In this document: piece by piece, positions 1 through 9,010 of the stretch | Layout: every line of letters begins with the position of its first letter | Numbering within the stretch: position 1 is the first letter of the stretch | The notes under the pieces: model-generated | What the model saw: the letters and a program-made list of their open reading frames with translations, nothing else | Database searches by the model: none | Told to the model about the DNA's origin: nothing | NCBI GenBank assembly: GCA_016839365.1 | Contig: JAEOUH010000077.1 | Coordinates: 1-14,251 of the forward strand | Direction: 5' to 3' | Source: Candidatus Hermodarchaeota archaeon | GTDB lineage: Archaea > Asgardarchaeota > Hermodarchaeia > Hermodarchaeales > Hermodarchaeaceae | Length of the DNA stretch: 14,251 bases | Program-made: the position numbers and the translations under genes

Positions 1-627
1 CAACTCCAAAAGTTAAGAGAGCAGCGAGGTTCCCACAGAAATATCGTGCCACTAGAGGAGCTGCAGCGTCGATTTCGCGAGTTGGAATGGAAACAGCAAA
101 CCACTTCATTATCAGTGGAAGAAGAGAGAGCTTTGCTAGAGGAGATGGATGGGTTATCAAAGGCAATGGAAACCGCTCCAAAAAAGGAGACTGTACCCAA
201 TAATCAGTCTGAAGAAATGGAGCAGCTTTGGCAAGAAATACAGGAAACCCGGGACCGAGCCCAAGAACATCATAAAAAGATGATTGCATTGGTGGAGGAA
301 GCTCAACAAACGCATCAAAGTATGGTTCAATTATCCCAAGGACTTGGACCAGCACACTCTGAAATTGATGAAGCCCATGAAATGTATGTAAAATGCCTCC
401 AAGAAGCAGATGAGATGCGAAACCGATTAGAGGTACTGAAAGACCAAGAAAGGGATTTGAAAACCAAGTTGAACACAATTCGACAGGATCGGCAATCTGC
501 CCGTAAAGCCCAAGAGAAAGCAGCATTGGAGAAACTTGCAGAACAGGCCCGAGCTAAACAGGAGTCCGGTCAGAAGCTGAGTTTACAGGAGCTCCGTGCC
601 CTTATGGAATCAGACGGGCTGAAATAG
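1..627 (+). CDS. Archaeal coiled-coil protein (COG1340-like), 5'-truncated by the window edge
   Basis: Frame 1 is open from base 1 (QLQKLREQRGSHRNIV...) to TAG at 625-627. E/K/Q/L-rich heptad pattern; the 'ELEWKQQTTSLSVEEERAL' segment and 'GQKLSLQEL' C-terminus resemble the archaeal COG1340 family (recognised from memory). Confidence 0.75.
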   Translation, partial: QLQKLREQRGSHRNIVPLEELQRRFRELEWKQQTTSLSVEEERALLEEMDGLSKAMETAPKKETVPNNQSEEMEQLWQEIQETRDRAQEHHKKMIALVEEAQQTHQSMVQLSQGLGPAHSEIDEAHEMYVKCLQEADEMRNRLEVLKDQERDLKTKLNTIRQDRQSARKAQEKAALEKLAEQARAKQESGQKLSLQELRALMESDGLK

Positions 628-644
628 CGTTTTTCTTGGACTTG

Positions 645-1658
645 TTAGAATGAACGTTGATAGATGAAATCAACAAGCGCCTTGAGTAGTTTCGTGACCT
701 CTTTGTTGGGAAACAATTCAATTGATTTCTTAGCTTCGTTGACGAGTTCTTTCGCTCTGTCTTTAACTATGCTGCTAGCGTCGGTTTGTTTCAGCAAGCC
801 GATTACTTTTTTCACATCGGATTCTGTGGGAGTTTCAGAACGGAGGACTCGAAGAACATAATCACGATCATCGGTTGACAAGAGTTGCAGAGAGTGTAAA
901 ATGACAACATTACCAAGTTTATGTTCATAGATATCCTTACCCAGTTTTTTACCGAGTTTTTCTTCTTCTGCAAACAAGTCTAACACATCATCTGCCAATT
1001 GGAAGGCGATTCCGGCCTTCCAGCCAAATTCCCGTGCAGCATGTTGGAGGTCCTTTGATCCATTCGCGCAGATAACTCCCACCTCACAAGCCGCCCGAAG
1101 TAGAGCTGCCGTCTTATACCCAATCATCCTTTCGTAATCCTCGAGACTGACTTCGCGGAAGCGGTGTTTTTCAGTATAATCTTCATCGCTGGGAAGCTGT
1201 TCGAACAGTACATCCAGGCGTTCTCCTTCGACTAATTCACGAATTGTATCAGCTATTATCCGTGAGATTGCTTTGTGGTTAGGGGATTGAAGAGAGCCTT
1301 CTTCGATGGCTTCGCGGTAATGTGTTGACGCCAAAATTCCAAAATTCAGACCGTATTTAGTCCATGTCGTGGGGAGATTTCTACGAACATCGGCATCATC
1401 AATGATATCATCTAGAATAAGCGAATAATTGTGAACGAGTTCTATTGCAGCGGCTGTTGAGAGGGCATCTTCCATCTTACCTCCAGCAGCTTCGCAAAAT
1501 AGAATTGTGAGCGCGGGACGTATGCGTTTACCACCAGCCTGTACTTGGTGGAACACCACCTCTTGGAAATCGTTTGATGCACCAGTGGCGAGAAGCTCAA
1601 GCATTTTCTTATCCACTTGAGAACCGATATCTCCAAGCACATTCAATATATCAGACAC
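645..1658 (-). CDS. idsA: Geranylgeranyl diphosphate synthase (short-chain trans-polyprenyl synthase)
   Basis: GKRIRP, FARM DDIID..VRR, KTA and SARM DDVLD motifs. Aromatic Tyr at -5 of FARM, as in archaeal type I GGPPS. GTG start preceded by GGTGA. Confidence 0.93.
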   Translation of the reverse strand: MSDILNVLGDIGSQVDKKMLELLATGASNDFQEVVFHQVQAGGKRIRPALTILFCEAAGGKMEDALSTAAAIELVHNYSLILDDIIDDADVRRNLPTTWTKYGLNFGILASTHYREAIEEGSLQSPNHKAISRIIADTIRELVEGERLDVLFEQLPSDEDYTEKHRFREVSLEDYERMIGYKTAALLRAACEVGVICANGSKDLQHAAREFGWKAGIAFQLADDVLDLFAEEEKLGKKLGKDIYEHKLGNVVILHSLQLLSTDDRDYVLRVLRSETPTESDVKKVIGLLKQTDASSIVKDRAKELVNEAKKSIELFPNKEVTKLLKALVDFIYQRSF

Positions 1659-1769
1659 ATTATTTCACCAACGATTGCATGGTCAGCTCCTATGGCTTAG
1701 GATTTTAAGACTTTTCCTAACCAGCCCTCAAAGGAATATACCTATTCCTCTTCAATATCGCAAGTCTTC

Positions 1770-2669
1770 CTATTGCCCAAGACCTCGTCGTTTAGCTTGG
1801 AGACAAAGAAAAGAGGTGACTATTCTCGCGGCTGCAATGGCAGTAATACCTTGATCGTATTGCGGAGCCACTTCGGTGATATCAAAAATCATAGCCCGAG
1901 GAGCGATTACTCCAAGAATGGTCAGCAGTTCTGATGTTGTTAATCCGCCAGCTTCAGGATTTCCAACAGCTGGGGCATAAGCAGGATCAAGAACATCCAT
2001 ATCAATGGAAATGTAGATTGGAGGTCCGGGAGGGATGGCATCATTGATTCTGTGAGCAATTGTAGTTGCACCTTCTTTTCGGATTGCATTACACGTATAG
2101 AAGGTGATTTCCTGTTTGTTAGCGTATTCGATTTCTTCTTTTGACACGGCGCGAATACCGATTTGAATAAGGTGATCAGGCCCCAGTTGTTCGACGATAC
2201 GCCGTTGAACACAGGCATGAGAAAACTCTTGGCCATTGAACTTGTCGCGTAAATCCATATGGGCATCAAATTGTAACAGGACAATGTCACGAGGAAGCGC
2301 ACGAACCGCAGCCAATGTGAGAGTATGTTCTCCACCCAGCAAGACGGGAATCCTCTCACTCTGAATGATTTGCGACACCACGGACTCTACTCCCCTAAGC
2401 ATACTTTGAACCGTACCAGATTCAATATTCACATCACCGATATCAGCGATTGGTAGTAGAGCGGCATCAGCAGCGATTTCTTCTTGGAGACAATAACTTT
2501 CAATCGCTTGTGAGGCAGCTCGAATAGCTGCAGGACCTTGTTTTGCCCCCTGACGGTAGGTGCTGGTTTTATCAAAAGGAACTCCGAAGACAACAAAGGT
2601 AGCAGATGTGGAGTCCACTTGAGCGCCAAAAAAGGTGTTGACTACAGGTATGACACCTTGCATGGTCAT
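1770..2669 (-). CDS. speB: Agmatinase (ureohydrolase family)
   Basis: GVPFD..TY..GA..GP..IR, GGEHTLT, DAHMD, SHAC and DMDVLDP..AP.V..PE.GG motifs. Confidence 0.93.
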   Translation of the reverse strand: MTMQGVIPVVNTFFGAQVDSTSATFVVFGVPFDKTSTYRQGAKQGPAAIRAASQAIESYCLQEEIAADAALLPIADIGDVNIESGTVQSMLRGVESVVSQIIQSERIPVLLGGEHTLTLAAVRALPRDIVLLQFDAHMDLRDKFNGQEFSHACVQRRIVEQLGPDHLIQIGIRAVSKEEIEYANKQEITFYTCNAIRKEGATTIAHRINDAIPPGPPIYISIDMDVLDPAYAPAVGNPEAGGLTTSELLTILGVIAPRAMIFDITEVAPQYDQGITAIAAARIVTSFLCLQAKRRGLGQ

Positions 2670-2729
2670 GTTAGTCCCTCAATGGAACTGAGCGTAAAAC
2701 TGCTATTTGGGTCTTCTCGTCCCCAGATT

Positions 2730-3953
2730 TCAGATGATATATTTTGGAAGTTTTAAATCAAGATCAGAAATTCGAGTTTTAAGAGTTGAGGGAGTATGAG
2801 TTTCGAAATAGAGAGCTTTGATGAACTCATCTGTGAGATTGGCTTCCTGAGCTGCCTTATAGAACCCCCGGACCAACCACGCCCCTACCAGGTAGGTGTA
2901 TCCGTAGGGTCCCCAAATAGAATCAGTCATAAAAGGGATACGAGCCTCAGCGTATTCAGTTTCATAAGCACCCATATCTTTGAGATAATTGACGACTTCG
3001 GTTTCGCTGCGTTGTTCTTGTTGAATCATAACAAGGGCATTGATTCCAACAGCTCGTCGTAATTGCATCAAATGGGTGGAAACCGTTTCGGGTTTCGTTA
3101 ATGGTCGGATTGAACTTAGTATATCTGTTCCAGCCTCAGCTAAACCTTCCGCGATTGTACATTCAGGAGTGTTAATGATGGCGATAGCCGATTCAAGGTT
3201 GTGCGTTCCGCTCTGGTACCCAGACTCCTGTTGAACTAGTTGGGTTTGATGCCCTGGATAGGTTTCATGGGTTACCCATTTCCAAAGAGTATACTTGCTT
3301 CGAGGAAGTGCGATGTTAATTTCTATGATTGCTCTGTAATTCCCCTGATAATGGTTATATGCACTCCATGGGGCTACTTCGACGGCGCGAAATTCGACAC
3401 CTTCCTGCTCTGGAAGTGTGAAAAGCAGCTTCTGAGTAGCCTCCCGAGCTTCCATAGCCACCTTCTCTGCTAACGGAATGATTTCAGCCCCCTTTGTCAT
3501 TGCTCGCTTTCGCCATCGAGTTGCCATAGAGGTCAGATCACCGGTCAAAACTTCATTTCGAAGGGCCCGAGAAGCTTGTTCTGTTAACTCATCAATGCGT
3601 TCGCTGGAAATCGTTACGACATCAACATCCAATCCAATATTTACTCGTTCTTGAAATGCCACGGGATCCTCTAGCCCATAGTGTACAAGAAGTTTCAAAG
3701 CATCCGATTGACGCAGCAGATAAGACCGGCGTGGCTCATCGCGGATTTGTTTTTTGACATTGACTTGAAATCGGCTAATTAATCTTAGCAAACCGTCGGG
3801 GTCAACCACAGATTTTTCAGGCTTTAGTTCTGAAGGACCAAAATAGCTGTCGACGATAATAGTATCAGGTCCAATCTCCTGCTTGAGAAAATAATCAATT
3901 TGGAATCCGATATAGATGTAAGTTTCACCTATTTCAGAAAGGCTCTGTGTCAA
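2730..3953 (-). CDS. DUF885-like putative zinc metallopeptidase
   Basis: HETYPGHQTQ, IAEGLAE and YGYTYLVG segments match the DUF885 pattern HE.xPGH..Q / EG.A / Y.xG. The TTG start overlaps the end of the upstream GTPase by 20 bp. Confidence 0.7.
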   Translation of the reverse strand: MTQSLSEIGETYIYIGFQIDYFLKQEIGPDTIIVDSYFGPSELKPEKSVVDPDGLLRLISRFQVNVKKQIRDEPRRSYLLRQSDALKLLVHYGLEDPVAFQERVNIGLDVDVVTISSERIDELTEQASRALRNEVLTGDLTSMATRWRKRAMTKGAEIIPLAEKVAMEAREATQKLLFTLPEQEGVEFRAVEVAPWSAYNHYQGNYRAIIEINIALPRSKYTLWKWVTHETYPGHQTQLVQQESGYQSGTHNLESAIAIINTPECTIAEGLAEAGTDILSSIRPLTKPETVSTHLMQLRRAVGINALVMIQQEQRSETEVVNYLKDMGAYETEYAEARIPFMTDSIWGPYGYTYLVGAWLVRGFYKAAQEANLTDEFIKALYFETHTPSTLKTRISDLDLKLPKYII

Positions 3954-4545
3954 CGCTTTTCGCCTCGGGAAAGAGCTTATCCATTAACTGCGTGGCTAAT
4001 TCTTGGAACGCCTCATTGACGTTGCGACCATCTAAAGCACTGGTTTCGTAATACTTTCCTTGAATTCGATCAGTAGCCTGTTTTGCCGCATATTCGGAAA
4101 CCTCGCGATCGTGTTTTAGATCAACCTTATTTGCTAGCACAACGCGCACGAAATCGTCCCCAAGGATAGCTTTGACTTCATCTAACCACTTGGTTTCAAT
4201 CGCAGCAGCCGAAGAAGCACGGGTTGTGTCAAATACAAAAATTACGGCATTGGATCCGGTGTAGTAGCGCTGGCGGAGAGGTTGCAATCGTTCTTGACCA
4301 CCCGTATCAAATAGCTGTAATTTCAGTTTTCGCCCCCTTACATCGACTATCTTGGTCACAATGTTGACTCCAATGCTTGGTTTGTAATCATGGTCGAATT
4401 TATTTTCAGCAAATCGGCGAATTAAGCTAGTTTTACCAACTCCCCAATCACCAACAATGACAACTTTGACGACATAACCAGCTTTGGGTGGTTTCTCTAT
4501 TTCAATCGTAATTGATTCAGCGCTGGAATTAGAGATGTCCTTCAC
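3934..4545 (-). CDS. Rab-like small GTPase (Ras superfamily; Asgard eukaryotic signature protein)
   Basis: G1 GDWGVGKT, G2 YKPSIG, G3 DTGGQE, G4 NKVD, G5 ETSAL. RabF-like segments IGVNI, KLQLF and YYTGS. No C-terminal Cys. Confidence 0.92.
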   Translation of the reverse strand: MKDISNSSAESITIEIEKPPKAGYVVKVVIVGDWGVGKTSLIRRFAENKFDHDYKPSIGVNIVTKIVDVRGRKLKLQLFDTGGQERLQPLRQRYYTGSNAVIFVFDTTRASSAAAIETKWLDEVKAILGDDFVRVVLANKVDLKHDREVSEYAAKQATDRIQGKYYETSALDGRNVNEAFQELATQLMDKLFPEAKSVDTEPF

Positions 4546-4641
4546 CTCAATAAATCACTGTACTGTAGCTTATGTAAGAGCTTTCCGTACCATATAACCT
4601 CAACTCATGATAGGGTGCTCAGAAAAACTTCGAAAAATAGA

Positions 4642-4754
4642 GAAGGAAGCGAAGGTACCTTTGGAAAAAAGGGGGAGGTTGGGGAGGGGGGAGCGAGGGG
4701 AGGGCGAGGAACGATGCGGACACAACATTACATCTATTTCCCTTCGCTTCCTTC
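4642..4754 (-). ncRNA. Candidate ~113 nt small RNA with a 14-bp terminal stem and C-rich loop
   Basis: Perfect inverted repeat GAAGGAAGCGAAGG (4642-4655) / CCTTCGCTTCCTTC (4741-4754). Minus-strand TATA box TTTAAATA at 4783-4776, about 29 nt upstream of 4754. T-rich tract (TCTATTTTT) follows on the minus strand. Confidence 0.45.
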
Positions 4755-4775
4755 ACAAAGAGCATTCGTGGAGAT

Positions 4776-4783
4776 TATTTAAA
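4776..4783 (-). promoter_or_regulatory. Putative archaeal TATA box (TTTAAATA)
   Basis: Consensus TATA sequence, correctly spaced for a start near 4753-4756. The upstream BRE match is poor. Confidence 0.4.
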
Positions 4784-4876
4784 CTCCCCAAGGGATAAGA
4801 AAAAATACGGACTCTTTTTCCTCACTTAATGACAAACCTTGCATCCCATCAGCAAGCTGAGTGTAAAGGAATTGGA

Positions 4877-5125
4877 CTACTCTTTTCGGACACTATGCGA
4901 AACCATCAGGGTCAGGGTCTCTTTTACCCCATCAGTGGGACGGAGTTTCTTGAAGATGAAGTTATTCAGTTGTTCTTCGTCAGCAACCTCGATGAGACAG
5001 AAAATGTCATGGATTCCATAGACGGAGGAAATTTCTTTCACAACTGGTAAATCTTTCAATGAATCAAATACAGTATCAGTGAGGGGTGGATCAACATCAA
5101 TAAGAATAATTGCCTTGAGGGTCAT
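4877..5125 (-). CDS. Stand-alone Lrp/AsnC ligand-binding (RAM) domain protein
   Basis: AIILIDV...V.EI..VYG.HDI..LIE......L..FI..KLR...GV.ET.TL pattern with no HTH. ATG at 5125 preferred over the TTG at 5140. Confidence 0.88.
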   Translation of the reverse strand: MTLKAIILIDVDPPLTDTVFDSLKDLPVVKEISSVYGIHDIFCLIEVADEEQLNNFIFKKLRPTDGVKETLTLMVSHSVRKE

Positions 5126-5327
5126 AGCTAGAGGCCCCAAATGATTATTATTCGCCCATTCAGTTCCTGCTAATGTTCCTTATAAGCATTCTAGCCAGGT
5201 GCTTTTCGGTCGCTTAGTCGATTGACAAATTATTGAGATAAGTATGAAAAACTTCAAAACATAAGAAGTGTATTGGGTTCTATCCTCTCTTGAAGAATTA
5301 GTACGATAGCGTCTCACACACAAAATT

Positions 5328-7022
5328 GTGGAGGGAATATACTTGACTCTAACCAAAGCTGATAAAATCGTTGTAACGTGCGGCTTACCCTATGCAAACG
5401 GTACAGCTCATATCGGTCATCTGCGCACCTATATTCCCGGTGATGCCTACGTAAGATACCTGAAACGCTATGGCTATGATGTGGTATTCTTTTGTGGATC
5501 CGACGCGCATGGAGCACCCATTGAACTTGCAGCAGAGCAAGCTGGTGTCTCACCTCAAAAGTTAATTGAAAAATACCACGCACACTTTGAAAAAATCTTT
5601 AGAAAATTAAATATTGGCGTTGATCTGTACGGGAATACAGAGGCCCCCTACCATTACAAACGCGCTCAAACCATTATCCGTACCCTCGAGGAGAATGGAT
5701 ACGTTGAAGCGCGTGATGTAGCTTTGCCATATTGTAATACCTGTCAGACATTCCTCGCTGACCGCTTCCTCGTTGGCACTTGCCCTTATTGTGGAGCGAT
5801 AGCTCGTGGAGATGAATGTGACCAAGGGTGTCAACGCTACCTTGATGCTGACCAGTTGATCAACCCCCGCTGTGTCACCTGTGGATCACCAGCCGTCAAA
5901 CGGAACGCCCGACACCATTTCTTTAAGCTCTCAATGTTCACTGATTTTCTTACGAAATTTAATAAAAGATTGAAAGGTACCGCATTAGCTCGAAATTACG
6001 CTCTGGGATGGATTCGGCAGGGACTAAAGGATTGGGGCATCTCCCGTGATTTGAAATGGGGAATCCCCTATCCGGGCGATGAGGATTTGGTTCTCTACGT
6101 ATGGGCTGAAAACTATGCAGGCTACATCTCATTTACTGAGGAATGGGCCCGGCAAACTGGAGTGGATTGGGAAGACTATTGGATTCGAGATGGGAAAATC
6201 ATCAATTTCATCGGTGCAGATATCGTATACCACCATGCAGTCTTCTGGCCTGCAATTCTCAAAGGAGTGAACTACAATACGGCCTATGCAATCGTTGCTA
6301 GTGGCATGGTCAAGGTTGAAGGGCATGGCCTCTCCAAGAGTCGCGGCTTCGTAATCGATATCGAAGAAGATATCATCAAACAGGGAATCGATTTAGATGC
6401 TGTGCGATACTACATCCTTTCATACACAGGATATACGAAGGACCTGGATTTTATTTGGAAGGACTTTCAAATCAGAGTGAATAATGAACTTGTCGGCATT
6501 CTGGGTAACTATGCCTATCGTGTTCTCCTGTTCATTCACAAACACTTCAAAAAAATCCCTCAAGGAACCCTAACAGATGAGGTCACCAGCCAGATTCGTA
6601 ATACCGTTGAAGCAATCGACAAAACATTTCATAGATTTCGATTTAAAGAAGCTGCTGATGCTGCGATGCTCCTTGCGTCGTTTGGGAATACGCTCTTCCA
6701 ACAGAGTGAACCATGGAAAACGATCAAAGAAGAAAGAGACCGTGCTCAATTTGATCTATATCAGTGCCTCCAAGTATTGAAAGCCATTACGATTCTAATC
6801 GAACCTGTTATGCCAGCAATCTCAGAAAGGATTTGGCAACAACTTGGGCAGGATGGAAACATCCATGAAGTGAAGGTGGAAGAGTGTACAGAACCACTTG
6901 TTCCAGGCACAAAACTGCCAAATCCAGAAGCGCTATTCACGAAGATAGCCGACGAAACTGTTGAAGCATTAACCTCCAGATTGAACCAACGTATTGAATC
7001 TGCTAGGGCAAAAGCAAAGTAG
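5328..7022 (+). CDS. metG: Methionine--tRNA ligase (no C-terminal tRNA-binding domain)
   Basis: LPYANG..HIGH, GSDAHG, four CxxC-type zinc-knuckle pairs, WGISRD..WG, G.DI..HH..FWPA and KMSKS-like GLSKS. The true start may be TTG at 5343, after GGAGG at 5330-5334. Confidence 0.97.
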   Translation: MEGIYLTLTKADKIVVTCGLPYANGTAHIGHLRTYIPGDAYVRYLKRYGYDVVFFCGSDAHGAPIELAAEQAGVSPQKLIEKYHAHFEKIFRKLNIGVDLYGNTEAPYHYKRAQTIIRTLEENGYVEARDVALPYCNTCQTFLADRFLVGTCPYCGAIARGDECDQGCQRYLDADQLINPRCVTCGSPAVKRNARHHFFKLSMFTDFLTKFNKRLKGTALARNYALGWIRQGLKDWGISRDLKWGIPYPGDEDLVLYVWAENYAGYISFTEEWARQTGVDWEDYWIRDGKIINFIGADIVYHHAVFWPAILKGVNYNTAYAIVASGMVKVEGHGLSKSRGFVIDIEEDIIKQGIDLDAVRYYILSYTGYTKDLDFIWKDFQIRVNNELVGILGNYAYRVLLFIHKHFKKIPQGTLTDEVTSQIRNTVEAIDKTFHRFRFKEAADAAMLLASFGNTLFQQSEPWKTIKEERDRAQFDLYQCLQVLKAITILIEPVMPAISERIWQQLGQDGNIHEVKVEECTEPLVPGTKLPNPEALFTKIADETVEALTSRLNQRIESARAKAK

Positions 7023-7028
7023 CTCTAT

Positions 7029-7135
7029 TCAGAAGCAAAATGTTGCCCGTTCTACAATTGAATAATTTCTTAGCTAATGGTTCAAACAACCTCTTATTAT
7101 GCAACTCTAATCAAAACTTGAAATGGCACAATTTG
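7029..7135 (+). repeat. Repeat copy A (A/C type) containing dif-like core GGTTCAAACAA-CCTCTTA-TTATGCAACTC at 7079-7107
   Basis: Ungapped match to 10120-10226 (91/107 identical by manual count). The core is shared with 8279-8307 and 11259-11286. Confidence 0.9.
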
Positions 7136-7187
7136 TCGTGATGAATAGAAAAACACAGCACTCAAGAGGCTTTTAGCCGGCAAAGAA

Positions 7188-8123
7188 CTAACTCGTTTTG
7201 TAAAGGTCTGTGCTCAAGTATTTTAGCCCTGAATCGTTTAGCAATGTGACTACTGTAGCCTTTGGTCCTAATGTTTTCGCGATCCTAATGGCTGCTACAA
7301 CATTGGCACCTGATGAAGTGCCTGCGAAGAGTCCTTCCTCTCGTGCTAAGCGTTGAGCCATTACCTTGGCTTCCTGTGTGGAAACTTGTATTATCTCACC
7401 AATCAAACTGGAATTCCACAAAGGAGGTATAAACCCAATACCGATTCCATCGATACCATGAGCCCCTCTGCTTCCACCAGACAAAACAGGCGATTCTTTA
7501 GGCTCAACGGCTACTATTTTCACATCTGGATTATGCTTCTTCAAAACTATCGCGGTTCCAGTGAGAGATCCCGCCGTCCCAACGACTTGTACATAGGCAT
7601 TAACCTTTCCCTCTGTTTGCTCCCAAATTTCTTCACCGAGAGCAAAATACCCGGAGATCTGGTCTTGGTTATGTAGTTGATTTGTCCAGTAAGTCTCTGG
7701 GGTTTCACTAATTTTGCGCGCCTTTTCAATCATTGCGTCAATTAATTCCTTAGTTATCCCACGTCCATGGCTCGGGATAACTGTTACTTCTGCACCTAAA
7801 GCCTGCATATGATCCAGTTTATCGCGACTAAAGGCATCCGAAGAGATTATTCGAAGTCGATACCCTTTCGCTGCACAAATAAATGCCAGCGATGTACCAG
7901 TGCTTCCCCCTGTATATTCAACTACGGTTCCACCCGGTTTCAACCGACCATCTTGTTCGGCTTTATCAATCATTGCTTGAGCCATACGATCTTTCATGCT
8001 CCCAGTTGGGTTTTCCCACTCTAACTTCACAAGCACACGGGCATACCCCTGCGGAACCACTTGCTGCAACTCTACCAACGAAGTATTCCCAATTGCGGCT
8101 AGAATATTTGTTCCTATCTTCAC
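7188..8123 (-). CDS. cysK: PLP-dependent cysteine synthase family protein
   Basis: IGNT.LV.L, KLE..NPTGSMKDR (PLP Lys), GTAGSLTG, H.I.GIG and GTSSGAN. Start reassigned to GTG at 8123 (311 aa), because the extra 54 codons in the ORF track are the antisense of repeat B. Confidence 0.88.
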   Translation of the reverse strand: MKIGTNILAAIGNTSLVELQQVVPQGYARVLVKLEWENPTGSMKDRMAQAMIDKAEQDGRLKPGGTVVEYTGGSTGTSLAFICAAKGYRLRIISSDAFSRDKLDHMQALGAEVTVIPSHGRGITKELIDAMIEKARKISETPETYWTNQLHNQDQISGYFALGEEIWEQTEGKVNAYVQVVGTAGSLTGTAIVLKKHNPDVKIVAVEPKESPVLSGGSRGAHGIDGIGIGFIPPLWNSSLIGEIIQVSTQEAKVMAQRLAREEGLFAGTSSGANVVAAIRIAKTLGPKATVVTLLNDSGLKYLSTDLYKTS

Positions 8124-8129
8124 GCAGCC

Positions 8130-8250
8130 AACCAGCTTCCTCAAAAATAAGTTTCCTAAACCTAAATATCTTATTCCAGATAAAGCAGCTGAGAAACTTA
8201 GAATCGACCTTAGCCAACGCATTGAATCTGGGTGAGTAAGAACCAAGTAA
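8130..8250 (+). pseudogene. Degenerate copy of the metG 3' end (remnant B)
   Basis: Translates to KFPKPKYL---IPDKAAEKLRIDLSQRIESG*VRTK*, versus MetRS KLPNPEALFTKIADETVEALTSRLNQRIESARAKAK*. The terminal stop is at the same position; premature TGA at 8233-8235. Confidence 0.85.
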
Positions 8251-8307
8251 CGCCGTTCAACAAAATTTCTTAGCCTGTTGTTCAAACAACCTCTGAGTAT
8301 GCATTAA
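8178..8307 (+). repeat. Repeat copy B (B/D type) with dif-like core TGTTCAAACAA-CCTCTGA-GTATGCATTAA at 8279-8307
   Basis: 8178-8294 aligns ungapped to 11158-11274 (96/117 identical by manual count). Confidence 0.9.
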
Positions 8308-8332
8308 ATGAAGACATGAAAATCTTTGAATT

Positions 8333-8908
8333 TCAGAATTCTTTACCTTTCTGATAGACTTGTTTGAGGTAATTCGTTCGGGTTGCATCATCAACAGCAG
8401 CGACTGAATAAAGGAAGAGGAAGTCAACTTCTTTAATTCCAGATTCTGTGAGTGACATTCCCAAGATGTTCTTCATAGAACCCCCCAAACCGGTAGCCTG
8501 GTAATAGGTTTCGGGGTTTCCAGTAGTAAAGATGTAGAGACCTTTCTTTTGCGTGAGAAGACCGATCATTCCTGTCTGATCAGCTTTCCAAGCAAAGCCA
8601 AATGAGAACACACGTTGAACCCAGCCTTCTAAGATTGCTGGGATGAACCATCCGAGAGCAGGACTGATAAATACTAATGCTTCAGCGTTAGCCAGTCTTT
8701 CTTGTTGCTTTTGTACTTCTTTAGGCATTGGTTTTCCCGCAAATTGCCCAAAGTCTTCAAGTTGGATGCTGGGATTGAATTTTTCAGCGTATAAATCCAC
8801 AACATCGAAGGTATGACCACCATCCTTGAGGCCCTTTGTGAAGGATTCGAGAACAGCGTGATTAAACGACTTAGGATTTGGATGCGCATAAACAACTAAC
8901 ACGTTCAT
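8333..8908 (-). CDS. NAD(P)H-dependent flavodoxin-fold oxidoreductase (Flavodoxin_2, MdaB/KefF-like)
   Basis: MNVLVVYAHPNPKSFN, V.DLY...FNP, P...W..PA.L.GW..RVF..GFA and TTG motifs. Confidence 0.9.
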   Translation of the reverse strand: MNVLVVYAHPNPKSFNHAVLESFTKGLKDGGHTFDVVDLYAEKFNPSIQLEDFGQFAGKPMPKEVQKQQERLANAEALVFISPALGWFIPAILEGWVQRVFSFGFAWKADQTGMIGLLTQKKGLYIFTTGNPETYYQATGLGGSMKNILGMSLTESGIKEVDFLFLYSVAAVDDATRTNYLKQVYQKGKEF

Positions 8909-9010
8909 GAAAAAACCACCACAATTTTTCGGTTAATGGCATCTCAACCTAAATAACTGTAAGCTTTCCACAATGTAGAAAGACATGAACTTTTTATTAT
9001 TAAGTGGTGA

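Noticed and set aside
645-4545. GGPP synthase supplying prenylation of the nearby Rab-like GTPase
   Set aside because: The GTPase has no C-terminal Cys, and GGPPS is explained by archaeal ether-lipid synthesis.
4607-4798. 63-aa G/E/R-rich ORF
   Set aside because: A low-complexity translation of the G-tract with no recognisable domain.
7079-7090. GTTCAAA in cores A-C as a tRNA T-loop
   Set aside because: No flanking 5-bp T-stem can form.
8124-8285. 54-aa N-terminal extension of cysK in the ORF track
   Set aside because: It is the antisense reading of repeat B and the metG remnant. CysK homology starts at about 8123.
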